This document shows positions 9,241 to 18,062 of a DNA stretch of 64,000 nucleotides, in pieces. The DNA comes from a virus. Position 1 is the stretch's first letter, and each line of letters starts with the position of its first letter. The stretch spans positions 1-64,000 of the IMG/VR virus record IMGVR_UViG_3300025519_000044; one strand, given 5' to 3'. The notes under the pieces are model-generated. The model searched no databases, had not been told where the DNA came from, and was given only the letters and a program-made list of their open reading frames with translations. The position numbers and the translations under genes are program-made.

Positions 9241-9534
9241 TTGAAAAGCACATATTGTTGTGTTTGGCAATTCAAGCTGGAAGGAGTGAAAAGAGTGAAA
9301 CAGCCAGTGCTTAATGTGAATGGGAAACGATTCAAAATCCATTCGATTAATTGGTATAAAAATGGTGAGATTTGCCATATCTCAGTTTTCATGAACGGGG
9401 AGAGCAAAACGATTTTCAATGATGATGCTTCTATCTTCAAGTACGGAATTGTTTTCGACGGTGAAACGGAAGATTCGTATTCACAGCATTACATGCTTGA
9501 CTTAAGCCAGGAAGGAATGATTACGAATGATTAA
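9241..9534 (+). CDS. Hypothetical protein
   Basis: ORF; true start probably a downstream GTG after GGAG. Confidence 0.55.
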   Translation: MKSTYCCVWQFKLEGVKRVKQPVLNVNGKRFKIHSINWYKNGEICHISVFMNGESKTIFNDDASIFKYGIVFDGETEDSYSQHYMLDLSQEGMITND

Positions 9535-9739
9535 CACAATTGAACACCCGGATATTACCAGAGTGCGCCGATTTGGATATCTGCAAAATAATGATCCGGA
9601 GCTTTTCGGTTGCGACTACTTCGGTGATGAAATCTTTTATGGCGACGATGTGGTTGAAATTGACGGTGAACTTGTTTTACAAGACAATCTTCAAAAATTT
9701 TTGGTTGAGCTCTACGGCGCAAAGTTTTACACGGCATAA
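9527..9739 (+). CDS. YqaI-like hypothetical protein
   Basis: IEHPDI..DYFGDEIFYGD; directly before yqaJ. Confidence 0.65.
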   Translation: MINTIEHPDITRVRRFGYLQNNDPELFGCDYFGDEIFYGDDVVEIDGELVLQDNLQKFLVELYGAKFYTA

Positions 9740-9835
9740 TAAAAAACTCCCATTGCCGTGGGAGTAAGTTGCTTTAAATAAGACTACACCTTAATTCTAT
9801 CGGTCTTTGAAAATTTTATCAAGAGGTGAAGAAGC

Positions 9836-10783
9836 ATGGCAATGAATCAAAACGCTATTTCCACAAAAGAAATGAGCCGTCATGAATGGCTTCAGGCTCG
9901 CACCAAGGGGATTGGCGGTAGTGATGCCGGCATTATCCTGGGCCTGAATAAATACAAGACGCCTTTCGAACTCTGGCTTGAAAAGACTGGCCAGGTCGAT
10001 CCCCAAGAAGGCGACAGTGAAGCGATCTATTGGGGAAACCAAATGGAAAATGTCGTGGCAAAAGAGTTTGAAAAGCGAACGGATAAAAAGGTACGCCGGT
10101 CAAACTTTATGTACAGCCATCCAGATTATCCTTTTATCCGTGCCAATGTCGATAGGTTGGTAGTTGGAGAATCGGCCGTACTTGAATGCAAGACGGCCAG
10201 CGCTTACCTTGCAAAAGAGTGGGCAGGTGACGAGGTTCCAGCCTCTTACCTTGTCCAAGTCCAGCACTATCTGGGCGTTACCGGCAAGGAAAAAGGATAT
10301 ATTGCCGTGCTGATCGGAGGGAATCGGTTCGTATGGAAAGAAATCGAACGCGACGATGAACTGATCAGCATGATTTTCCAAGCTGAAAAGGATTTTTGGG
10401 AAAACAATGTGCTGGCCGGAGTTGCCCCTGAACTGGACGGAAGCAGCGCGGCTGAGAAGTATCTGGCCGAAAAATATGCCAAATCGGATCCTGATAAAGA
10501 GATCGTTCTTCCAAAAGATTTCAATGCCTATTTGGAAGAATACTTCAAAATCAAGGAAAACGAGAAGCTGATTAAAGCTGCGAAAACTGAGATTGAAAAC
10601 AAACTTAAAGCTGAGCTGAAAGAAGCGGAGATTGGCCGGGTTGGCGACTATATCGTCACTTGGAAGAAGCAGGTACAGAAACGCGTTGATTCCAAAGCAT
10701 TACGGGAAAAGTTCCCCGATATTCACCAGCAAGTTATTAAAGAAACATCATTCCGCAAACTTGCGGTTAAGGAGGAAAAATAA
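9836..10783 (+). CDS. YqaJ-like viral recombinase exonuclease
   Basis: GIGGSD, LECKT, QVQHYL motifs. Confidence 0.93.
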   Translation: MAMNQNAISTKEMSRHEWLQARTKGIGGSDAGIILGLNKYKTPFELWLEKTGQVDPQEGDSEAIYWGNQMENVVAKEFEKRTDKKVRRSNFMYSHPDYPFIRANVDRLVVGESAVLECKTASAYLAKEWAGDEVPASYLVQVQHYLGVTGKEKGYIAVLIGGNRFVWKEIERDDELISMIFQAEKDFWENNVLAGVAPELDGSSAAEKYLAEKYAKSDPDKEIVLPKDFNAYLEEYFKIKENEKLIKAAKTEIENKLKAELKEAEIGRVGDYIVTWKKQVQKRVDSKALREKFPDIHQQVIKETSFRKLAVKEEK

Positions 10784-11679
10784 TGGCAACAAATGCAGCG
10801 CTAAAAAACCAAATTGCAAGTAAACAGGAAGGAACCAAACAAGTATCTGCTCAATCGTTGGGGTTAAAAGCTTTGCTCAATACCCCAACGATGCAAAAAA
10901 AGTTTGAACAAGTTTTGGACAAGAAGGCACCACAATTTATGTCTTCTTTGCTCAACCTTTACAACGGTGATCCGAACATTCAGGCCGCCGAGCCAATGAG
11001 CATTATTTCAAGCGCCATGGTCGCAGCAAGCCTTGATCTTCCAGTTGACAAAAACCTAGGTTATGCCTGGATCGTGCCATTTTATGACAGTAAGAAAGGC
11101 CATAAGGTAGCACAGTTCCAGCTTGGTTATAAGGGGTACATTCAACTGGCATTACGGACTGGCCAATATAAAGCGATCAACGTCATCGCTGTTCATGAAG
11201 GTGAGCTCATTAAGTGGAACCGGCTGACCGAAGAAATCGAACTGGATTTAGAAGGTGCCACAAGCGAGAAGGTAATCGGATACTGCGGATATTTCAAGCT
11301 GATCAATGGCTTTGAAAAGACGGTCTACTGGACCAAGGATGAGATCGAAGCGCACAGGGTTAAGCATAACAAGATGAAGGACAAGAATGCTCTCAATAAT
11401 GTATGGAAAAGCGATTATGACGCTATGGCCATGAAAACGGTCATCCGCAACATGCTCAGTAAGTGGGGAATTTTGAGCATTGAAATGCAGACGGCCGTTA
11501 CCGAAGATGAACGGGAAACACATGATATCACGGATGAAACGAATGCGGAAGAACCTGAAATCATTGATTACCATCCAGAACCGGAGACCGAGAAAGAAGA
11601 AGCGTCGCAACAGGAGCAGGCAAAAGTTGAAGATAAGAAATCGGCTGTTGAAATGGATGAAAATGACCTTCCATTCTAA
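10783..11679 (+). CDS. recT: RecT single-strand annealing protein
   Basis: LGYAWIVPF, QFQLGYKGYIQLA, AMAMKTV motifs. Confidence 0.93.
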   Translation: MATNAALKNQIASKQEGTKQVSAQSLGLKALLNTPTMQKKFEQVLDKKAPQFMSSLLNLYNGDPNIQAAEPMSIISSAMVAASLDLPVDKNLGYAWIVPFYDSKKGHKVAQFQLGYKGYIQLALRTGQYKAINVIAVHEGELIKWNRLTEEIELDLEGATSEKVIGYCGYFKLINGFEKTVYWTKDEIEAHRVKHNKMKDKNALNNVWKSDYDAMAMKTVIRNMLSKWGILSIEMQTAVTEDERETHDITDETNAEEPEIIDYHPEPETEKEEASQQEQAKVEDKKSAVEMDENDLPF

Positions 11680-11735
11680 AAAAATCCCCCTCACCTCGAG
11701 GGGGAAACAACACAGGAAATTGAGGTGGTGAAAGC

Positions 11736-12551
11736 ATGGCCAATATATACAGAGTACAAAAGAACGGCAACTACGTCGTAATGAATAAAACATCGCTTAT
11801 GGATGAAAGGCTGAGCTGGAAAGCGAAAGGGCTGCATGCCTATATGCTTTCTTTACCCGACGATTGGAGGTTTTATGACACAGAGTTGCAAAAACATGCT
11901 AAGGACGGACGCGACTCACTTCGGACTGCGCTTAAAGAACTGCGAGATCTGGGTTATTTAAAGCGGGTGCAGCACCGTAATGAGGACGGGACATTCAACT
12001 ATGAAACACTTGTTTTTGAAGTCCCTCAAATGGATCCACCGTTACCGGGAAAACCGTTGACGGAAAATCCGCTTACGGAAAAACCGTTGACGGATTATCC
12101 GTTGACGGAAAACCCGAAACTACTAAGTAATAATGAACTAAGTATTGATGAACTAAATAATAATGGACTAAGTAATAAAGCAGCTGCTGTAAATAAGCTT
12201 CTCAATCGATTTATAGAGTTAAGGAATCACGGATTTGTGGCTACCCCTAAGGATAAAGCAGCAGCAGCTGAGATCATCCAATACGGTGTCAATGTCGATG
12301 ATGCAATCAAATGGATGGAAGAGAAATTTACGTCTTACCAGCCTAAACATCCAAAAGACTACATCAAGACGCTTGACTATTGCGCCGGATATATATTTGA
12401 CCGGTTTATCGAGAAGCAGAAAGCAGAGAGAGGTGAAGACAATGGAACAAAGATTCCAAAGTATCGCGGAGGTTATGGCCGACCTGCTGGAAAAAGCGCA
12501 GAACAGGCAATCCGAGAAGCCCAAGAAGCAAGACGAGCATGGGGCGGATGA
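11736..12551 (+). CDS. Phage replication initiator
   Basis: LSWKAKGL..LSLPDDW HTH N-terminus; internal iterons; precedes the loader. Confidence 0.85.
   Translation: MANIYRVQKNGNYVVMNKTSLMDERLSWKAKGLHAYMLSLPDDWRFYDTELQKHAKDGRDSLRTALKELRDLGYLKRVQHRNEDGTFNYETLVFEVPQMDPPLPGKPLTENPLTEKPLTDYPLTENPKLLSNNELSIDELNNNGLSNKAAAVNKLLNRFIELRNHGFVATPKDKAAAAEIIQYGVNVDDAIKWMEEKFTSYQPKHPKDYIKTLDYCAGYIFDRFIEKQKAERGEDNGTKIPKYRGGYGRPAGKSAEQAIREAQEARRAWGG
12039..12180 (+). repeat. Putative phage A origin: 5 x 15-bp iterons followed by 4 AT-rich ~15-bp repeats
   Basis: CCGTTGACGGAAAAN-like x5 (12039-12113); ACTAAGTAATAATGA-like x4 (12122-12180). Confidence 0.8.
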
Positions 12552-13341
12552 ATACGAATGCCCGATTTGTAAGGATACCGAGTTTGTCTTTTACCGAAAT
12601 GAACAAGGATATGAATTCGCCAAACCTTGCGAATGTCGGGAAAGAAAAGCATGGCGGCGGCGGTTCCGGAACTCCATGATCCCTGATGAGTTTACAAACG
12701 CCAATTTTGAAAACTATCAGCGTACGAGCCAAATCCAAGAAGACATGTATGACCTTACAAAAAGGTATTTGCAAGAATACAAGATGACGACCAATGAAAA
12801 TGGCGAAAAGGAAAAAACGGTTTCTTCCCATAATTTTGGGTTGATTGCAGTTTTTGGCGAACAGCGCATGAAAGAATTGCCATCGGTAGAGCGGGCCACC
12901 GTGAAACAGCAACATAACAATTTTGGGATTGGAAAGACTCATTTACAGATTGCACTTGCAAAACGCCTAATTAAAGACGGATTCAATGTTCTGGTGGTAT
13001 CAGATGTTAATTTCATGGATGAGCTGATTCAGGCCAGGATGATGAACGACGAGGGAGAACAGCTTAATCGTCTGCTTAATGCGGCCACAAATGCAGATGT
13101 GCTGATTTGGGACGACATCGGCAAAGTGAAATGGTCGGAAGCGAAGGAATCTCTTTACTACCAGATTATTAACGAGCGATACCGGAAGCAAAAGCCAATT
13201 GTATTTAACTCGAATGAGGACCGCGGAACCCTCGCAGAAAAGATAGGATATGCGGCCGCAAGCCGGTTGATCGGTCAATGCGGGAATTACCTGCTTGAAG
13301 CTGAGGGAACGGACTGGCGCCTCAAGAAAGGAGCAAGCTGA
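12442..13341 (+). CDS. DnaC/IstB-like ATPase (helicase loader)
   Basis: CPIC..CEC zinc motif, GIGKTHL, VLIWDDIG. Confidence 0.88.
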   Translation: MEQRFQSIAEVMADLLEKAQNRQSEKPKKQDEHGADEYECPICKDTEFVFYRNEQGYEFAKPCECRERKAWRRRFRNSMIPDEFTNANFENYQRTSQIQEDMYDLTKRYLQEYKMTTNENGEKEKTVSSHNFGLIAVFGEQRMKELPSVERATVKQQHNNFGIGKTHLQIALAKRLIKDGFNVLVVSDVNFMDELIQARMMNDEGEQLNRLLNAATNADVLIWDDIGKVKWSEAKESLYYQIINERYRKQKPIVFNSNEDRGTLAEKIGYAAASRLIGQCGNYLLEAEGTDWRLKKGAS

Positions 13342-13517
13342 TGTGTGAACTATGTAATGGTCGGCACGTTGTCTACGAGAATATGGGGTTTGGAATCATG
13401 GTAAAACCATGTCCGGCGTGCGGGCCGAAGCCGGAAGAGCAAATTAAGAAAGAGGAAATGATTTTGCAGCGACGTTTGGAAGAAGCACGGGACCAACTCA
13501 AGATGGAAAGGGTGTAA
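13341..13517 (+). CDS. Small zinc-finger protein (not in ORF track)
   Basis: MCELCNG..PCPACG, 58 aa, AAGGAG RBS. Confidence 0.65.
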   Translation: MCELCNGRHVVYENMGFGIMVKPCPACGPKPEEQIKKEEMILQRRLEEARDQLKMERV

Positions 13518-13521
13518 AAAA

Positions 13522-13680
13522 ATGAACAACGCCACAATGACCGAGTTAAAGCGGAGCCATCTACTCCGCCAACTCGAAAATAAAGGTGTAACTCAATTCA
13601 ATAATCAATCAATCTACGACTTATCTTATCACGATCTCGTGTACGCTTTGACCCTCCAAAAAGCACAAACGGGGGATTGA
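13522..13680 (+). CDS. FbpA-like small protein (not in ORF track)
   Basis: KRSHLLRQLENKGV..SIYDLSYHDL. Confidence 0.5.
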   Translation: MNNATMTELKRSHLLRQLENKGVTQFNNQSIYDLSYHDLVYALTLQKAQTGD

Positions 13681-13681
13681 T

Positions 13682-13879
13682 ATGGCAAGAAATCCAGTTA
13701 TTCAGCAGGCTTATGAGCGTGGCAAGCGTGAGGGGATCGAGATCGGCATGCAAATGGGGATCAGCAAGGCGATTGGATTTATGAAATCCGGCCTCTCCCG
13801 GGTAGAGAAAACGCCCGGGATCGGTCCCAAGACAATAGAGAAATTCAAACAGGCTTTTGGAAAGGAGTATTTTAAGTGA
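13682..13879 (+). CDS. Hypothetical protein
   Basis: ORF with HhH-like TPGIGPKT. Confidence 0.6.
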   Translation: MARNPVIQQAYERGKREGIEIGMQMGISKAIGFMKSGLSRVEKTPGIGPKTIEKFKQAFGKEYFK

Positions 13880-14313
13880 CACGAATGGAAAAGCACATCA
13901 TCCATCAGCGAATTGGCAGATTGCTAGACATGCGCTGCCGAAACTGTCCAAACAATAATTTAGATCATGCGGTGGTTTGTACTGGGTGCAATATTTATGA
14001 CCAGCTTCGGATGCTCGGTAATCAGCTTGACCATACAGCAAATAGGCAGAATACAGCCAGAAGGAAGGTGTATGACTTTAAAGGCTTGAGCATCCCAATT
14101 TATGTTTACCACCGGAATAAGGGGCTGCATGACGATGAAATTGCCCCATTAGTAGGACTGTCAGTTTGGATGTTGAAGCAATGGAAAAGACAGAATCGGC
14201 TTGAACTGGACAAACTGATTGAGCAAGGCGTGATCCCGAAATATAACAGAAGAATCAAAAAGGATGAAGCAAATGGAACGAATGACAGCGGCAGAGTATC
14301 GCAAGCGAACTAA
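13876..14313 (+). CDS. Zinc-finger/HTH hypothetical protein
   Basis: CRNC..CTGC motif. Confidence 0.6.
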   Translation: MTRMEKHIIHQRIGRLLDMRCRNCPNNNLDHAVVCTGCNIYDQLRMLGNQLDHTANRQNTARRKVYDFKGLSIPIYVYHRNKGLHDDEIAPLVGLSVWMLKQWKRQNRLELDKLIEQGVIPKYNRRIKKDEANGTNDSGRVSQAN

Positions 14314-14725
14314 GAAAACTAAATATGGCTCCAAGAAAGTTAAATTGGACGGATATGTTTTTGACAGCAAGATCGAAGCCAAATATTATGAACAACTAAA
14401 ATGGTTGCAAGCAAACAATAAAATCTTATTTTTTCGGTTACAGCCACGCTATCTTTTGCAGGAAGCTTTCGAGAAAAACGGAAAAAAATACCGCAAGATT
14501 GAGTACATCGCAGATTTCGAGATTCACCATTTGGATGGATCCATCGAGGTTGTGGATGTCAAAGGCGTACAGACAGAAGCGTTTAAGATTAAGAAAAAGC
14601 TATTCGAGCATAAATACCCCCACAAACTATCTTTAGTTACATACAGCAAGAAATGGGGCGGATGGATTGAACTTGAGGAACTGGAGAAGAAACGGAAGGT
14701 GGCGAAGAAGTTAAACGGCCGATAA
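14264..14725 (+). CDS. DUF1064-family nuclease (possible resolvase)
   Basis: KYGSKK..FDSKIEA..YIADF..VVDVKG. Confidence 0.85.
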   Translation: MKQMERMTAAEYRKRTKKTKYGSKKVKLDGYVFDSKIEAKYYEQLKWLQANNKILFFRLQPRYLLQEAFEKNGKKYRKIEYIADFEIHHLDGSIEVVDVKGVQTEAFKIKKKLFEHKYPHKLSLVTYSKKWGGWIELEELEKKRKVAKKLNGR

Positions 14726-14838
14726 GAAACCATGCTGATTGGCTTATTTTTGACCATATACCCGATTTAAATCAAAACATGACTATTTATATACAAAAAT
14801 ATTAAAGCGGCTTAGAAGCCAAAATAAACAGTTTAGGA

Positions 14839-15027
14839 GTGGCATGGATGGCAGCAACATACGTACATGATCCTGAGGACAGATACAATCTCCGAACCAG
14901 CACCGGATGGAGAGCCAAACGCCCAGGCAAGGTTACAATCTGGTATCTAACTCCGGAGCAGCTGGAGCGGGTAAGACGCGGTGAACGCACAACGGATGTG
15001 ATTGGCAGTGACAAGAAGGGTCGTTGA
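14839..15027 (+). CDS. Hypothetical protein
   Basis: ORF with AGGAG RBS. Confidence 0.5.
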   Translation: MAWMAATYVHDPEDRYNLRTSTGWRAKRPGKVTIWYLTPEQLERVRRGERTTDVIGSDKKGR

Positions 15028-15178
15028 ACATCGGGCCATATCTCATGACCGGGAAGAATTGGTAGTTATAACAGTCTATGAGGAAGGGTTGAACAAAGAA
15101 CGGATACGGAAGGAAAGTATCTTTAGCAAGAAACATGCCGTGCTGGTGAAACGTGACGGCAAATACGACTGGAAGTGA
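15002..15178 (+). CDS. Hypothetical protein (58 aa, not in ORF track)
   Basis: Open frame LAVTRRVVEH..KYDWK filling the gap. Confidence 0.45.
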   Translation: MAVTRRVVEHRAISHDREELVVITVYEEGLNKERIRKESIFSKKHAVLVKRDGKYDWK

Positions 15179-15187
15179 GGCAGAAAA

Positions 15188-15643
15188 ATGAGAGAGATTA
15201 AGTTTTTCGGAACATTCCAAAAAGAGGGAGTATCAAGAAGTTATCAATATTCTATTTTCGAATGCCCTGTTTGTGGAAAACATGTTGAAAAGATTAGAAA
15301 AGATGGATTAAAAGCAAAAACTTGTAGTCGAGAGTGTTATGGAAAATATCGTACCGGCAAACACTACGGTGCTTATAGAGATAAGGTTTTAATTAGTGGT
15401 TATTACTACATTTATAAGCCGGATCATCCCAAAGCAATTAAAAAAGGTTATGTTGCTGAACACAGATTAGTTGCAGAAGAAAAGATAGGTCGATATTTAA
15501 AAGAAAACGAGGTAGTGCATCACATAAATGAAAATAAACTTGATAATCGACCGGAAAATTTAGAAGTTATGACCGCGAGTGAACATATTAAACTTCATGC
15601 AAATAAAAGATGGAGGGGTCGAGATGGGAAATTTGCGATTTAA
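15188..15643 (+). CDS. HNH endonuclease (homing type)
   Basis: EHRLV..VHHINENKLDNRPENL; N-terminal CPVC..CSREC. Confidence 0.9.
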   Translation: MREIKFFGTFQKEGVSRSYQYSIFECPVCGKHVEKIRKDGLKAKTCSRECYGKYRTGKHYGAYRDKVLISGYYYIYKPDHPKAIKKGYVAEHRLVAEEKIGRYLKENEVVHHINENKLDNRPENLEVMTASEHIKLHANKRWRGRDGKFAI

Positions 15644-15995
15644 GTTTCGGGCATGGGATGAGGAATTAGAAAGAATGTTTTATAGCACTACTGAACAATT
15701 CGATGATTCTTTGTCATTTCGATTTAAACATTTTGAGACTGATGATCCGGTCTATATGCAATATACAGGCCTGCGTGACAAGAACGGCCGGGAGATTTAT
15801 GAAGGAGATATCGTTAAGGCTGTAAGTCAAGGTTCACATGCAGTATGCACCGTCAAATGGGGACAAGGGATAGTAGGATTCTTTCTCCACGCTCCAGGAA
15901 TATGTTGGAACTTGTCAGGTGGTGGCAAAGATTACGATCAAGAAACAGTAGAAGTTATCGGAAACATATACGAAAATCCGGAGCTAGTGAAATAA
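15624..15995 (+). CDS. YopX-family protein
   Basis: KFRAWD, MQYTGLRDKNGREIYEGDIV, EVIGNIYENPEL. Confidence 0.92.
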   Translation: MGNLRFKFRAWDEELERMFYSTTEQFDDSLSFRFKHFETDDPVYMQYTGLRDKNGREIYEGDIVKAVSQGSHAVCTVKWGQGIVGFFLHAPGICWNLSGGGKDYDQETVEVIGNIYENPELVK

Positions 15996-16052
15996 AAAAA
16001 CCGGGTTCCCCCGGCTTGGTAAAGGTTGGTTACCTATATTTTACCATAGGGG

Positions 16053-16256
16053 GTGAACCCATTGGAAGCTAATAAAAAAATTATGACAACTGAAATAGAT
16101 TTAATGGAGACGGCTGTATATATCGTCCAGGATGGGCAGGTGACCAAAGTGACCCCAAAGCCGTATGGTCAGGATATCTTGATATGGCAGAACGGCAAGG
16201 TCTTTGATATAGAACGGATCGATCGGAAGAGGCTGATTGGGCAGGATGTCATATAG
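16053..16256 (+). CDS. XtrA/YqaO-like (DUF3954-like) small protein
   Basis: EIDL..VYIVQDG..YG..WQNGKV pattern. Confidence 0.65.
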   Translation: MNPLEANKKIMTTEIDLMETAVYIVQDGQVTKVTPKPYGQDILIWQNGKVFDIERIDRKRLIGQDVI

Positions 16257-16262
16257 ATAGGG

Positions 16263-16445
16263 GTGAAACACGTGAAACCAAAAACACGACAAAAGGGCGA
16301 TAAGTATCGGCCCGTCGTTACGGTGCTTAAAGTAAAGCGAGGTCTGCCCACAAAAATTATGGTAAGCGGACAAGAGTACGCGCTTATCCACAAAAACCAG
16401 TATAGGGGAGTGAGAAAATGCGGGCTGAACGCTGCTACACATTGA
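16263..16445 (+). CDS. Small hypothetical protein shared with phage B (61820-61972)
   Basis: Near-identical peptide KGDKYRPVVTVLKVKRGLPTKIMVSGQEYALIHKNQYRG. Confidence 0.7.
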   Translation: MKHVKPKTRQKGDKYRPVVTVLKVKRGLPTKIMVSGQEYALIHKNQYRGVRKCGLNAATH

Positions 16446-16882
16446 ATGAAGAAACAGAAATCCGGGTAGGGAATTGCTTCTTTACCCGAGATGATTTGAT
16501 TTTGATGTATATCGACAGCGGCATGGATGTTTTAAGTTTAGCAAAATCATTGCGTATCGGGCGGCCGAGGATGGAGCGGATATTGGACAAATTCGACATA
16601 CCAAGAAACTGGCATGCAGAATTGACACCGCGGCATCTGCGAGTGTTGCGCTATATCAAATATTTTCAGACGCGTCACAAGCGCAGCCCAACAAACTTGG
16701 AAATCTCAAAAGCATTGAGGCTATCACCTGGTTGCACGAACTACCATCTCAAAAAATTAAAAGCACACGGGTATGTAAACTGGCCAAGGTACAGCAGTGG
16801 CACATTCAAGTTAACTGAAAAAGGGGAAAGGTGGTGCCGGAATGCCCACACATTTAATCTATTCGGCTTGGAAGAAGACTAG
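16418..16882 (+). CDS. LexA DNA-binding-domain-like regulator heading the type IV operon
   Basis: LTPRHLRVLRYI..SPTNLEIS..HLKKLKAHGYV; no peptidase domain. Confidence 0.75.
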   Translation: MRAERCYTLNEETEIRVGNCFFTRDDLILMYIDSGMDVLSLAKSLRIGRPRMERILDKFDIPRNWHAELTPRHLRVLRYIKYFQTRHKRSPTNLEISKALRLSPGCTNYHLKKLKAHGYVNWPRYSSGTFKLTEKGERWCRNAHTFNLFGLEED

Positions 16883-17765
16883 GGATGAAAATGGGGTGAT
16901 TAAGCAGAACACGAAAGACGGTAAAGGAAATGTAATCATCCGGGACATTAAATTTGTGGATCCGATTAAGGAAAAAGATATGGAAGAACACGCCGGCCAA
17001 CGCTTTCTATGTGGAGAGCCAATGACACAAGGAATGAAACTTAAGAAGGTATTTTCCAACGTGTTCACTGACTGGAACATTGCTAAGAATCCGGCCGGAA
17101 CCCATGTATGTCCGGCATGCTGTTTCTCAATTTTGACCACGAAAGAACGATACGGATTGCGGACATTTTCAAATGTGGCGAATGAAGAAAGGCTTTGGCT
17201 GCCAAACCGGGTAGAGATGCGAGAATTTCTATTGCAGCCGCCTGATCCTCCATTTGTTATAAATTTGGCTGTTTCCCAGAAAAAGCACATCGCTTTTAAG
17301 GGGGAAGTGAATTATTCCCGCGACATATTTACCGTCATGTACGAAGAAATGCCGGTGCTGATCGTTAGAAAAGAGTTTGAAAGTTTACTTGCGTTGGTTG
17401 AACATTTTCTCTATGGATTTACGAAAACGGAGATAACAACCGGAGAATACAGTCAAAAACGGATTTTGGACTTTGGTATTGATGCTTGGGAAGCCTTTGA
17501 GGAACGGGTTAAGACGTACCGGGGCAACCCTATACTTGATGTCGTCATGTTTATTGCACAGAAAATTGAAAATGAGGAGGACTTGAAATGTTTTATGGTT
17601 TCAGAACTAGGGATGAAAGTGCAGGAGCTGCCGCCTTACTTGTCTACGCCGTCTACCGCAGCCGAAACCGAAAAAGAGGGCCAAGTGGCATCGACATGTG
17701 GGGACAAATCGAACGGTTCACGAAAGTCAGCGCAAAGCGAGCAATTAGCGTTGGATCTTTTTTAG
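16842..17765 (+). CDS. csf1: Type IV large subunit Csf1 (Cas8-like)
   Basis: FLCG..FTDW..VCPAC zinc region, LLQPPDPPFVI..SQKKHI; first gene of the csf cluster. Confidence 0.8.
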   Translation: MPTHLIYSAWKKTRDENGVIKQNTKDGKGNVIIRDIKFVDPIKEKDMEEHAGQRFLCGEPMTQGMKLKKVFSNVFTDWNIAKNPAGTHVCPACCFSILTTKERYGLRTFSNVANEERLWLPNRVEMREFLLQPPDPPFVINLAVSQKKHIAFKGEVNYSRDIFTVMYEEMPVLIVRKEFESLLALVEHFLYGFTKTEITTGEYSQKRILDFGIDAWEAFEERVKTYRGNPILDVVMFIAQKIENEEDLKCFMVSELGMKVQELPPYLSTPSTAAETEKEGQVASTCGDKSNGSRKSAQSEQLALDLF

Positions 17766-18061
17766 AAGCCTTTAAACGGAAAATGGCATGCGAAACGATC
17801 AATCCTAAATGGTGTGATAGTGGCAGCAAGGTAATGACGGCCATACAAGATGAATTAGGGAACATTGTCATGACTGGGAATGAGCCTGACGGCGGGAACA
17901 GACAGTTTTTAACCGAGATTATGGAAAGCGGAAAAGACCAGGCCATCCTATATGAACTATACAAAGAAACCGCGCGGGTGATTATGTTAGTCCGGGACCG
18001 TCTAGAGAGAGAAAAACCGATTGAACACAAATTAGAAACCATTATTGAGGAGGAAAATTGA
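17588..18061 (+). CDS. Type IV-B small subunit (Cas11-like)
   Basis: 157 aa helical protein between csf1 and csf2; GAGGAGG RBS. Confidence 0.65.
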   Translation: MFYGFRTRDESAGAAALLVYAVYRSRNRKRGPSGIDMWGQIERFTKVSAKRAISVGSFLEAFKRKMACETINPKWCDSGSKVMTAIQDELGNIVMTGNEPDGGNRQFLTEIMESGKDQAILYELYKETARVIMLVRDRLEREKPIEHKLETIIEEEN

Positions 18062-18062
18062 A

